A stretch of 64,000 bases of DNA, taken from positions 62,001 through 126,000 of the forward strand of contig JAAILG010000053.1 of assembly GCA_012026655.1 (NCBI GenBank). Direction: 5' to 3'. The first letter of the stretch is position 1. Every line of letters starts with the position of its first letter. This document shows, one piece after another, positions 13,048 through 25,224 of the stretch. The DNA is from Hydrolagus affinis (lineage: Eukaryota). The notes beneath the pieces are model-generated. The model ran no database searches. It saw only the letters and a program-made list of their open reading frames with translations, and was not told the origin of the DNA. The position numbers and the translations under genes were made by a program.

Positions 13048-16000
13048 CAGGTTTATATTTTAGTCGACGTTGAAAAGAATTGTTCGCGTCAGTTCGCCTG
13101 CCATCTTACTTGGGATAGGTCTGAGTTGAGCACAGTGACCTACTTAAATATAGTGTTAATGCTGGGTCTGAATTGGGGAGCGAAAAGAAAATGAAACCGC
13201 AATTAAGTGTAAAATCAAATATATCGCTTTATGATCGACATATCAATGAATCCTATCGAAGAATCATATGCTCACTGAAAACAAAGGCAGAGACATGTTT
13301 TATCTAATTATTATCTATAATTATTCGTTAATATTCTAATAATTTCGACATACAATGATTGGGTTCATATCAGGATCGCGTTTTAGATAAAAATGTATGT
13401 TTGTAAATGACTTATAAATGACACAGTTCCCGAAATATAATCCTCAGTCAATAATTACGCACAAAGACCAGAATTGGCAACGTGAATTTGGAATGGCACC
13501 TTTACGTGATTTGGCTGGTTTCTGTAAATCAAAACATCTACTTTAATAAAACGCTTTGAGATGTAACTAAACCTTTGGATAAAACGATTTAAAATAACAC
13601 AAAAAGTCTATTCTCAAGAACTCGAATAAAGCACAGACGTATCCTTGCCTCTGTTGATATGCTGAGAAAATAGTTGTTGGAAAATTGGAAAATTCTGCAA
13701 TTGTTGTTAAGATTATTGTATAAATGCTCATTAACCGCTATTTCATTATGTCATAGGAATTTTCTGCACGTATGGAAAGAGCGTTTAATGAATATTTCAA
13801 ATAAATAAACAGAGTAAATGTATTATAAAATACACAAAGGACATTCTTCTGGTTGTTCTTTACTTCCACTGAAAAAAGAACTAAAATTATACTTGAATGT
13901 GCATAAAAGAATCTTTTCTGTTTCTTACATTGCGTGACACAAAGCTGACTCAATGTCTGCAAACAGAGACTGCAGTCATCCACAATGACCACGTGATGTC
14001 ACTGTTGCCTCACAAACTGAGAGATGGGTACCATGGACTTGAATTGTGACTGCTTTCAGGTTAGATCCAAGGCTGATGAGTTACTTTTTACCCATTTGAT
14101 ATTTTTAAAACATTATCATTTGTTAACAGCAAAATGTTATTTACTGCTGATAAATGCAATTTAGAATGTTACTTTGATCTAGATATTTTGACGAATACAG
14201 GCATTCACAATTTGCATCACATACGATCAAACAACGAACATCCTATTATTAGTTGATGGTCGAAACGATACTGTTTTCAAAAGGAAAATTCTCAATGAGC
14301 ATCTTTTCATTTTTACACGGGTTTATCCCAAACTTTAACATCATTTTACAAACTGAGGCACGGTGCTAAATAGATTGCCATCGTGTATATTTGAAGAGGA
14401 AAATACAAACAAGTTGCGTTTTAACTTCTCTGAGTTGAAATATTTCCTGAGCAGTGTTTGATCATTAATGAAGTTATGCTATCTAAGTGGCAGTGATAGA
14501 CGTTGGCTTTCATATAGTTTTGAGTTACAGTCCAGACAGGTCTGTAAAGAGACTGAATGCCAGTCTGTGCATTAAACTGTCTTTCATTCTTTACTGCCTT
14601 TCCAATTAGCTGATCTCAACTCTCCGCTTTGCCTTCCTGTTCCTTTAAGCTTGAGATCAACCAAACAAACAACAACAGAAAAGAGTCAATACCATTACTG
14701 AAGAACCGCACTTTACATTTATTCAAACATACACCAATTTTCGATGTGAAGTATTTATAATTCCACAAAGAGCCATAATTTACAAAGTCAATAGCATTTC
14801 TCAAGATATTGCTGTTAGAAGAGAAAACGCGAAATAGAACGTAGGCCTTCCTGTAGACGTTGATAAATAGCTGCCACGTAATTGGTTATTGAACCAAGAA
14901 TAAAATACATTTGGGGAAATTGAAATAAACAATTCAGCACTATAAGCGGCAGGAAAACAACCCGAATTATTTTTTCTACAACTGCATTACTTAATAAAAA
15001 CACACAGAATGCATCACACATTTCATAGAGATCATTCTCAAAATTATGACATTTAAATATGTTCAATCGCGAACGTAACTAACGGTATGTATGTATCCAA
15101 ACTAAAAAAAATTAAATAGTTAGTTTGTGGAAAGGGTATGTGATATGCTGATGCTCACAGTTAGCTATACAGTCAAAGTTATATGTCTGGAGAGAAAAGC
15201 TGAACAATAACGACAACATAATACCACTTTTCATTAGACTGAGGCAAATATACATTCATTCACACACTACATGCAGTTCTACCTAATGCGGGACAGTGAA
15301 ACGAAATACCTAAATCACAAGAAAAATATGAAGCGAGCCAAACTCCCTTCGCCGCTAATTCTGCAAATCAAAAAGCAAGGTTTCAAACTGACAGAGATTG
15401 GATCCACGGGACACTTTTTTTTAAAACCCCGAACTTCGTTTTTCCCCGGGGTTTCCTCTGTGATCGTAATAAACTTTCGACAATCAAGTAAAACAAAAAC
15501 ACACACGATTGAATTCTTCCTTTGAGAGAACGGTAGTACCCTAAGCATTTAAAAGTGTACAGGCCAAACTCGCTTACCTGCCGGCTTGTTAGTGTGTTGA
15601 GGAGAGCGTGTCTTGTGTGTGTTGTGCGTCTCACAGTGACCATGCCTTCCGCACCGCTGTTCCTTCCCGTTCTCCCTGTGTGTAGATATGCGTTGGGGGA
15701 TTTTATAACACTCTGCACAATTTTACTGCGATTATGAGTGGACGTTGATTGCGCCATCCTGCGGATTATGTAGATTGCCCTGTTACTGTTTGGCATCAAA
15801 ATGTCATGTTTGTTTCCCCGGAGGTCGTTGTCACCCTTTGAATGTTTGTGTGAAATCATGGGTTACATGAAATTTCTATCTAATTGGTCGAAATTGGATT
15901 AATGCCAATTCGCCCGCCTCAAAACACCAGCCATTAAATCTTATTAAGGATAGGTGATATATAACGGTGTCCATGACAACGGCTGCACCCTGTTATTGCT

Positions 16001-19000
16001 ACAATATGGCAATGTTACATTGATTCCCTGCGTCCTTTAGACCCAAGACGCCCCCAAAACCAGACATTTTCTACACAGAATTGCTTTCTTCTAAGGTGAG
16101 CCATCAAGCCCCCGCCCTTCCCACGCCAAGTTTGAAGGCTTGATCTTTAGTGGTTTGATGGGGTGGGGATGTCTAGGATGACGGATTGCGAAATCGACCC
16201 ATTTCCGGGGGGAGGTTTCGAAGTTTGTATAGTGAATGGAATGTGTTTCTATTGACCTCGGGGTCAAAGGTAACCTTGACCGGACGGAAGTTCAAAGACA
16301 GCAATTGTTGGACCAGAGGGGATGGTTGGCGCTGTGTTTGTCTGAGAGAAGGAGAGGATTCAGAATGAGCGAGAACGAGTGTGAGGTAGGACAGAGACCC
16401 CGTGGCAGAAGAAAGATAAGAAAGTACGGAAAAAACAGATGAGCGGAATCAGAAAAAGTAGACAAAACTCATAATTATACAAGTGATCTAGAAAGAAAAT
16501 ATTTTTTTTAATTTGAAACTGAAGTCTGAATGTCAATCTTAAAATAACACGATTTTATGAGGAGAGGATTTTCTCCAGAATCCACCATAGATAAAATCTT
16601 CCCAAAGTGTATCAGATGGAAGGTTTTCTAGGTAACTATCTATCTCCGTGCCTGTGCTTCGTTATGGGCATCTGAACAAAATGTATAATTTGCCTCCCTA
16701 AATAATATAATGTTGTTTACTCTGCTATTTATACAATCTTCGAAATTTGGCTTTTCTGCTTCTGGAAAATCTAGATTTCCTTTGTACAGTATATTGAATG
16801 TTAGTCACCTACAGCATCCTATCACTATGCGACCACCAGAAAAGTGGAAGGCGAACGAGATGGACCTTGGTTATTTTTCGTCTGGCATTTCTTAAGTTCT
16901 TATGTATCTGTGGCAATCTGGTTGAGCGAATGAACATTCAGCAAAACAACAGAAAGGAAAAAGAAGCGTTGATAAGCGGCTTGCGGTCAGGAGATAGCAT
17001 TTTGACTTGTCGCTGTCCAGTTTTTAAATATACAAGGTCATAAACATCTACCTACAAGGAATCCGTTACAACCCTTTCAAACAGTTTGTTATAAGCGTGG
17101 ACTCAGATCAGAAAACAATGAGGATCCGTAACACAATTTGAAGTTGGTCCTGCTTTGCATTGGATCTTTGTTAATTGGTGATCTGCAAGATGACCTTGTA
17201 ATCTATTTACAAGGTCAAGTGGGGGGGGGGTGGGGCTCTGCCCCTTCCTGTATATGTAAACAACAAAGAGAGACATGCTACGCAGATATGACTTTACCAA
17301 AGAAATATTAATATTGCTTAGTTAGTTCAATCATTTGGTTTTAGTGGCACACCATACGAGTTGGATTTGCTCCAGTTGTGTCAATGTAACTCTTCAAAAT
17401 CCATCCTAAAGTATTTGTTGCTCCATAACGTCAATTTGCAAAACCAAGAATGGGTCAAAGCTTTAAGGAAAAACATATCCACTGCTCTGCTCTCTGAGGA
17501 CGGGACAATCGGGTTCCTTGGTGGGAACAACTTTATTATATTAAATGCAAGGATTATTATCCTTATTATATCTTCCATTCCATACAATAGGAGTTGTTGT
17601 GCAGGGATATATATCTCGTGAGAATTATATGTTTAGAAAAAGCATATGTTCTGCCAGACTTGCTTAGACTTTCAACGAAAAATAAGTTTCTAAAGTTACT
17701 ATAACCGTGTTTCTTTTATTTATTGTCCCGTATGTCCAGAGCGAATCCCTAACATGCGAATCGTACTAAACTGTACGATGGCATGTTTCAGTTGCAGGTA
17801 TTTAGAATTAAAAGAAAACGTTTTGGGGGTAAATAGGAATATGTACAAAGTTATTTTCATTTGTGTTATTGAACAAAGATATTTACTGGAATGTCTGGTG
17901 CGCGGGCGGGGGTGGGGGGTGGTTGTAGTTTATTCAGCCCGGGATACTGATCCAGATCTGCCGGTTCTCATTATAAAAGACCCGGTTTGTTTAAATAAAT
18001 TACACCAGACATAAAACATAAAGGGCAAGATTAAGAATTAAGAAATAGCTCACTTAAAATATTCGTCTAAAATTTGTGTTTGCAGTTGTAAACTCATTCC
18101 AAAGATTCCTATTAGTTGTGTCGATACGGATTGCTATGCTCCTTAACTTGATACTCTATTTGTGTCACTCGGTGTTCCTTTTGTACGTGTACCCACTTTT
18201 GCAAACATAATAAAGATGTTAATGTAGAAAAGTGATAAAACGCTTAGATTTCCATGAATGTTTAACTTTAAAATGCACCCGGAACTTTATGTGACCCTCG
18301 ATGGCACATTGCCCATCTTCCTCCGCTATCTAATGGTCACACAAAGAGCTTTTTTATAGTCACTAACTGGAGCACTCGACAGTTACAGATTCCCTTATTC
18401 GCTCTGAGCAAATTAAAGTAGAACTTTTTCATAAATTTAATTAACGTTGGTTCAATTAATCTCTTTACTTAAAAGCAAGTTCCACGGGGCGTCATTTGTA
18501 ATTAGTAAGCTTTAGCTACATATTTCCTCAGTTGGCCAACGCTGTGCATTGAGTCGGAACATAACAACCACTCCATGTCCAGTTCAGAGTCTGCGTGTCA
18601 AACAGACAACATTTAATTGCCTATTTCTCGTTTACTATGCCACAGTTTTCCTACCAAAAACAACATTTTCGTTAATAAATCTTGCTCAAATTTAAGCTGC
18701 GGTGCACATTGCTAAGTTATAGTCATCTAAATATGCACCGTTGGCTGTTTTCTTAAATCGCATGCATCACAAACGTTGCGATGGGATTACTCTTGGTAGA
18801 GCGAATGTTGGACAATACGATAACCCGTTCGTAGAATATTGGTATTCAACATCAGACATTACATACAGCAAATAACTTTGCGCCCACACTTAATTATCAT
18901 CGGGCACAAACACCAGTTCGCTTATTTCCATTTATAAATGGATGGCACTTTAATGGACATTTTCTTACATCAATCGTTCCAATAAAAACAACTCAAACCC

Positions 19001-19764
19001 ATGGTTTGACTGCGTAGATTAGTTTCTATGTTCAAAACTGCCGATCATTTCAATATATCACTAAATTATATTTCCTATGCAATCCTATACAATGTGGTAG
19101 GACAAACTGACCTAACATTGATCGTAATAACACCACTTTCTATCACTGGCCATAACCATTACTTTCTGTATAATTAATGCTGAAACAACAGTGGAGGAAA
19201 TGCACAGTGGTTCACGAGGCTTGTGAAAGTGAGAAGAAGGATAACCTTCCGGATGCAACCTCTTATTGGCAGTTGGACTGATGGCGTGCAGTTAGTACCA
19301 GGCGAAGGGAAGTTGTGGAGAAGACCAGTAACCTTATAATAAAATGCATTGAATTTGATACAGCGCTTTCAGCGTCACAAACCCTCAAAGTTGTTCACAG
19401 GAAATTGCCGTTGTGTGTGTCGTGATTTATGTATTTATTTACAATTTCCAGCATAATAGGCCAGCCAACAGAGTTGCTTCATTAATAACTGTTGTAATAT
19501 TGATAATAATCTAAAGACTGTAAAAGCAGTTTGTAATATCCTACATCTTTCAGGACATCCACATGGATGAGTTGATTTGATTCGTAATTCTATATCACAA
19601 CTCGATGCTAGACTTCTTTTGAATGTGTCATTATTTGTATTTTAAGGCTTACATATGAATACAAAAATCCGCTGTATTCAACCTAACAGATTGAATTGTG
19701 TGCAAAACCTCCTATTGTGGTCCACAGAACTGGCAAAGAATGTTTCACCTAATACCCGGTGTGT

Positions 19765-20040
19765 CCACCTGGCTCAGTGGGAAGCACTCTCGTTTCCGAG
19801 TCAAGAGGTTAGGGGTTCAAGCCCCACGTCGGGCATTGAAAATCATTGAGTCCAGGATAACATTCCAAGACAGAGCAAGGGGTGTGTTGAATTGTTAGAA
19901 CTGCTGTCCTTCGGATGAAGTTAAACTGAACCCCCACCCCACCCACTCCCGCCGTTAGACGGGGGTTCAGTTAGACCCTATGTCACTATTCAGATAGAGA
20001 AGAAAAGCTTCTTTTGGTCTCTGGCCAACAATCCCCCAAA
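19765..20040 (+). mobile_element. Old tRNA-headed SINE with Deu-domain-like core
   Basis: A-box-like TGGCTCAGTGG and B-box-like GGTTCAAGCC. The core GCTGTCCTTCGGATGAAGTTAAACTGA...CCCTATGTCACTATTC...CTGGCCAACA resembles the AmnSINE1/SacSINE1 Deu domain as remembered. Confidence 0.6.
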
Positions 20041-21265
20041 TAAAAGTTAAGGGGGAATGGAAAAGGATTTGTCTTTGACCTATATATTACCAATATCGTT
20101 AATAACAGAGCTGCGGCCCATAACTTCTTAAGTGAATTATTAAAATGTGCTACAGATCAAGAGATATATTGAAATCAGAATTCCTTAAAATATTGGTTAA
20201 ATAACAACAACAACAACAACAACTTCGATTTAACAAGTTCTTCTCCCAGTTCTGCACAATAATACAGACAATGTATTATTAAATAAGCTTGAATTTGTAT
20301 TTTCCAGTCGTATCATATACGAAGACATAGTAATAATGACTCAACTATAAATAATAATAACTTAACATTCATTCCAATATTCCAGGGAAATCTCGGAGTG
20401 GCGGTTTAACTTTGTTAAAAAAAAATCTTGTGTTGGAACTCACAAAAAAAAACCGTATTGGAAATGAAATAAGCATCAAAATTGAATTGGTTGAAATGTT
20501 TGCGCATAAGCAAGTGTATTTATTCTTTTACTTTATGAATTGATTTTGTTGCATTGAGTTGTTTAATTAACTGAAGGCTGAAGGGGACGAATGAGGTGAC
20601 TGTGTTGTGAATCTCCCAAATCAGATTCGGAAACAACATGTAGCCCAACCATTTTTATACTTTTTTCGTAAGTTTAAACATTTCAAATATATTAGTATCC
20701 CTTTGTACTGTAAAAAAAAGGAGTATAGAGCACACCCTTTCAATAGTAAACTGAAAAAAATATGCAAAGTGTGTTGTAAGTCGCTTGTTAATATATACTG
20801 CACCTTAAATGCATTTCAAAATTACTTTTCAGGTTAACAGTTAAGGCCTCGTTTGTTTTCAACTGTTGTAGCACACAACACAAAATACATTGGTATTGAT
20901 TTTAATAGCATACAATGGCCTTACTTTGCTTTGGTACACAGTTCAACTGAACTGCAGCCTCAGTGACATATAAAGTAATGTGAATAGAATGAAGTTAAAT
21001 TGCGCACATAGCACGTCTGTTTAGAAATATTTCAAAAACAATATGAAATACTTAATCGTTTAAATAGATGGATCAACAACTCCAGAAATGTTAATCTAAA
21101 GATTCTTCGATCGTTTCTCGCGGGTGGGGGAGGGGGGGTTGGAGACTACAGACACACACACACACACACGAATGATAGCTGTGTGTAGAGTGATTCATTT
21201 TATTGCAGTGGCCGACAGCTACGTTGCTATATTTTTCGAACCTGAAAGCAAATTTTCACCCAGTC

Positions 21266-22353
21266 ACAGCACTGAATATGTATCTGCCCTTTCTCTTTTC
21301 ACTCAGCGATTATTTGAAAGGAAACCTACTTACTTGCAATTACCTTCGGGTTCCCGGGTTAAAAGCTGCTGTCGTTTTCTCCTTTGTTTGTGCAGGCTCG
21401 GAAGAGCTTGATTTCTCTCCCACCCCCTCTCTACCGATTTGGTGTTTGTTAGCAGAGACTTTTTTTTGTCAGCTTGCAGTCTGTCCTCACATAAAATTGA
21501 CACAGACAGGCCATAAACTGTCTGGCTGCTGTGTACACGGCATGTAGAACGCCTACAGAAATACCTCTTTATATATTTAGACCCTCTCACAAACCTGCAA
21601 CCGAGAACATGATTTATTTCAATGCAGAATTAAATTTATGCTTTTTTTAAAAATGAAATCCTGTTATTTGTTAGCCGGTAAAGTTTACGAAAGAAGACCT
21701 ACAAAGAAGCATGGAACCATCCCTAGCTGTACATTGTACTTGATCATGGATGTGTTTGTGTGACTGCAAAGTTCAAGACGTCTTCAGATAATGTCAATAT
21801 TGTTTGGTTCAAAAATCCACATTCTGTTTCTTTTAAAAGCAAGGAGGGAAGGAAGGAAGATTTTGTTGCAAATTAACTAGCTCTGCTGGTGATTTGAGCT
21901 GTTTATTAGCGTATCCTGGAGGCAACACACCACAAATGGTTGAACTTCTCAAGTTTTTTTCCCCTTTCCTCTATTGTTTTTCCCCCCCGGAGTTCCTAAC
22001 CTTGAAACGGCTCCAGACTTAAAACTTATTCCCTGGGCGCATTCTCCTGTCGGATTTATTTGTCGCTCTGAGAAGCGTTTGAAAGCCACTCTTTACCACT
22101 CTTTGAGAATGTTTACCGTCCTGGTAACTCTGCTGACAATCACAGTCCAGTGAAGCCGTTTGTTGTTGGCGGCTGTTGACTCTGTGGTGGTTTGCTGATG
22201 GGTAGAGAAGTCCTTCGGGGATTTTTTTTCGGGGCAAACAAAGCTTTAGTGCAAAGATAATGAAATTTACTTCATTAAAGTCATGGGTTTTCTTGTCGGT
22301 TCATCAAGTTAGTTGGATGTGGCAGAATAAAAAGAAAACTAGACTGAATACAT
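21266..22353 (-). pseudogene. Decayed Hox11-type gene (putative hoxb11 pseudogene)
   Basis: Degenerate homeobox: AAA AAA AAG TCT CTG CTAAC AAA CAC CAA ATC ([11 protein letters not shown], 21467-21436); SLHKQRRKRQQL aligns ungapped to SVYINKEKRLQL (21398-21363); TTT CAA at AAT CGC TGA GTG AAA a GAG AAA (FQNRRMKEK, 21319-21290); an RDRLQYY-like tail to 21266. Upstream in order: MYLPSCTYY-like (22353-22327), PMT (22287-22279), EVxF (22273-22262), YxSA..HR (about 22204-22178), VGKNG/GFDRFFE-like (22099-22066). Confidence 0.7.
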
Positions 22354-22449
22354 CTTTAGCAAAGTATGGAAAAATATCTTATAAAGTTATTTCTAATCCG
22401 AGTTCATAATCGAAGGAGAATTCGAGACAGTTTATGCTTGACATGGCGA

Positions 22450-22469
22450 TGACGTATAATCACGTGATT
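22450..22469. promoter_or_regulatory. CRE-like TGACGTA plus palindromic E-box AATCACGTGATT upstream of the Hox11-type relic
   Basis: Both motifs are seen directly, about 100 bp upstream of the MY motif. Function is inferred. Confidence 0.35.
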
Positions 22470-24948
22470 TTACCAAAATATGGCACTTTTTTCAGCAAAC
22501 TTTCCCCTTTCAAATTCGAAATATTGTCTGTTAGAAGACATAGAATCTTTCAATCTCTGAGTTAATTTGCATAATTTCTGTTTTCACTGTGAGCTATCAT
22601 TGTTACTGTGACGGCTTGTAGATCGTAAGTAAATCATCAGCTTTCTAAAGAAAACATTCTTTTCAAAATCGTCCGTTTGTTTTGCATATTATGTATTAAG
22701 TAAATCTATTTCTAAATACTACATACAATTCTGGAACATTTTTACTATAACAAAGGATTCCAATAGTGCAGTTTGTTTTGGTGATTCGCAAATGTATTAT
22801 TTTACAGCCCTGACAATCATACCAAGTGGGAGAAGGGAAAAAAACAATACATTAAATAGAGAAAAATAACATAAACTTTGGTAATTTATATGCAATAAGC
22901 GATAGAAATGCCACGCTGTAAGTTTTAAATGCCATCTACTCCAAGTCAAAACCTGGAGAAATCGTTGAAAGCTTCTTTACTAAATGTGAGTGCTTGTGAA
23001 ATTAACCGTTTTGCAAACCATCATAATTTCAACCAACGTATCAGTAACATAACGTTTAGCACCTATTGCCATATTCAGTATGGCAGGGCAATGTTTGCTT
23101 ATTGTAAATTAATTCGTTATTGAATGTAATAGGAATATCACTACATTTCAATGCTACAGTTTTCAAGTTCGGACTGTTGAGCACAATTAATCACCAAACC
23201 GCTGGGCTGTCAGTGTAGGTGTTGTTCATATGGTGAGTTTTAGTGAAACATTTTAGTCTTTAATGATGCTCTGTAGAGTAGGACGTCCCACGTCAAACGA
23301 TAATATCTTTAACTAGCCTGTAAATAAAAATGTCTCCTTCAGTCTCATTGTTTGATTCCTCATTGTAATTGCGATAGGCACTGCCTACAGACTCCCAGGA
23401 TTGATATTCATTTACAGGAGGGAGGAACAAGGGGACGTGTCAGTCAAACAATACAAGTTTTGAAATAAAATGTAAACACGGACAAGACATTCATAAAGAC
23501 GTCGTGCGTGTCACGTCAATAATACTGATATTATTATTTTACTGACTTGATGTGTCAGCTAAGTGACTATTATAAATGTCTCACGGTGAAACACAAAGGA
23601 TAAGAAATACAACCTAATAAATAGAGTTATTAGTTTGGGAACTTTTTGTCGGCTGACCATTCATTAACGGAATAAGTCTGAAATCAACGTAATTCGGGGA
23701 TTCTTTTCGTTTTTTTTAACTTTTCGTTAGTACTGTACTGTATATCTTACTTGTCTTTATGGAAAAGTTGCTGCACTGTTTGACATGGGAGGGCATTTCC
23801 TGCAGCACGTTTGATTTGATCCGTTTCTGGCAGAAACATGTTGCAAAACTTTAAAAGCATGATACACTTTCAACCAAATATTTTAATAAAATGAAGAGAA
23901 ATTAAATAACATGCTTTATCTTCATGAACGAATAAAAAAGAACGAAAGATCACGCGGCTTAGAATGTCAGAAAAGAATCTCATCCTCGATTTTCACTTAG
24001 TTATTGAATGCATGATGATTCATATATTTATTCTAATTATTAAATAAAAAAACAAGCTTAAGTAGTTTGCCTAGATTTTTCAAGAATCTTATCAATTATT
24101 AGAAAAACTATGAACAAAAAACGAAAATGTATATATTTATATATATCTAAATTTAGGGGGTAATAAAACAGGGTAAAGCGAATAAATAATTCAACACAAA
24201 AGGTGAATGTTAATCTAAAATTCTACGTTACGATTTGATAAGATTTTATAAAGCAGTTAATGTAGTCTTTATAATTTACTTGCCCTCATTTTGTTGATGA
24301 TTTTGTTGGAATTTCAATTATCATTTGATTAGAAAGCAACTTCGAGTCTTAATGTGTGCAGAGACGCCTGTGCCTTTTGTCTGTCTTTTTTCCGCAGAGC
24401 TGATTTAAAACGCTTGTTTTGCAGTCAAGTTAGCGAAAGTTGTAAGAGTTACAAACTCCGCAAAACGCGAAGCTAATCCCAGACGGTTTGGAACAGATAA
24501 TTCATCGGTAAATCAAAAAAGTGAACGACGAGAAAGTGAGTAAACATAAAAAAAAACCTGCTGCGTTTGAGAGATTTGGAATGGAGGAGGGAGGGAGGGG
24601 TGATTGGCAAGGGGCTGAATTCATGTTCAATGTCAGATCGCAAGTAAAGTTACATTGTAAAGAATGGCACTGGCAACTTGTAACACATAAACTGGTCTAT
24701 CACTGATAAATTACTCACTGTTATTGCGCCTACATTCTGAATACAACTCAGGGCGGGCGAGACACTGGGGTTCATATATACCGCACAGATACAAACCGCA
24801 TCGTCAACACAAACAGGAACAATAAGGAGGCGTGAGCATTCACGCGATGAATGCATCATATCTGCAGTGTTCCATCTAATCAAATCCCAACTTCCATTGG
24901 TTCCGAACCTGTTTAGAAATTTCCCTGGACTCTCTGAGCTGTGACTTG

Positions 24949-25102
24949 GCGTTTGTGCTGAAACTTGGATACATTTCTGACATGCGTAGGGTGGAGGTGG
25001 TTTGTGAATGTTTATGCTCTGTACTGAAATTGAAATTATGGTTTAAATAAGTGTGAAATCTTCTCATGAGATTCCGCTTCTTCAATTCTTCAAATCTCGT
25101 CT
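24949..25102 (-). pseudogene. Weak candidate Hox12-type homeobox relic
   Basis: Strong phase-1 acceptor TTTTGTTTTATCCCAG, then AAG AAG CGG AAT CTC (KKRKP-like, 25082-25068), LNHNF (LENEF-like), LRMSE (LNLSD-like) and TTT CAG CAC AAA CGC (FQNRR-like, 24963-24949). Confidence 0.25.
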
Positions 25103-25173
25103 CTGGGATAAAACAAAATTTTCCTTTTAACACGCGGACCACGCATCTATCTATTGTCTCCCACAAAAAAGTT

Positions 25174-25224
25174 TCACTCACTCACTCACTCACTCACTCA
25201 CTCACTCACTCACTCACTCACTCA
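25174..25224. repeat. (TCAC)n microsatellite, about 12-13 units
   Basis: Perfect tetranucleotide run seen directly. Confidence 0.95.

Noticed and set aside
22280-22445. Alternative reading of this stretch as a Hox12 N-terminus (MxKHKL..NS, DIF.YFAK)
   Set aside because: The same DNA fits Hox11 with more motifs in order and links to a Hox11-type homeobox. It also shows that by-eye matching yields false positives, so the weaker relic calls are down-weighted.
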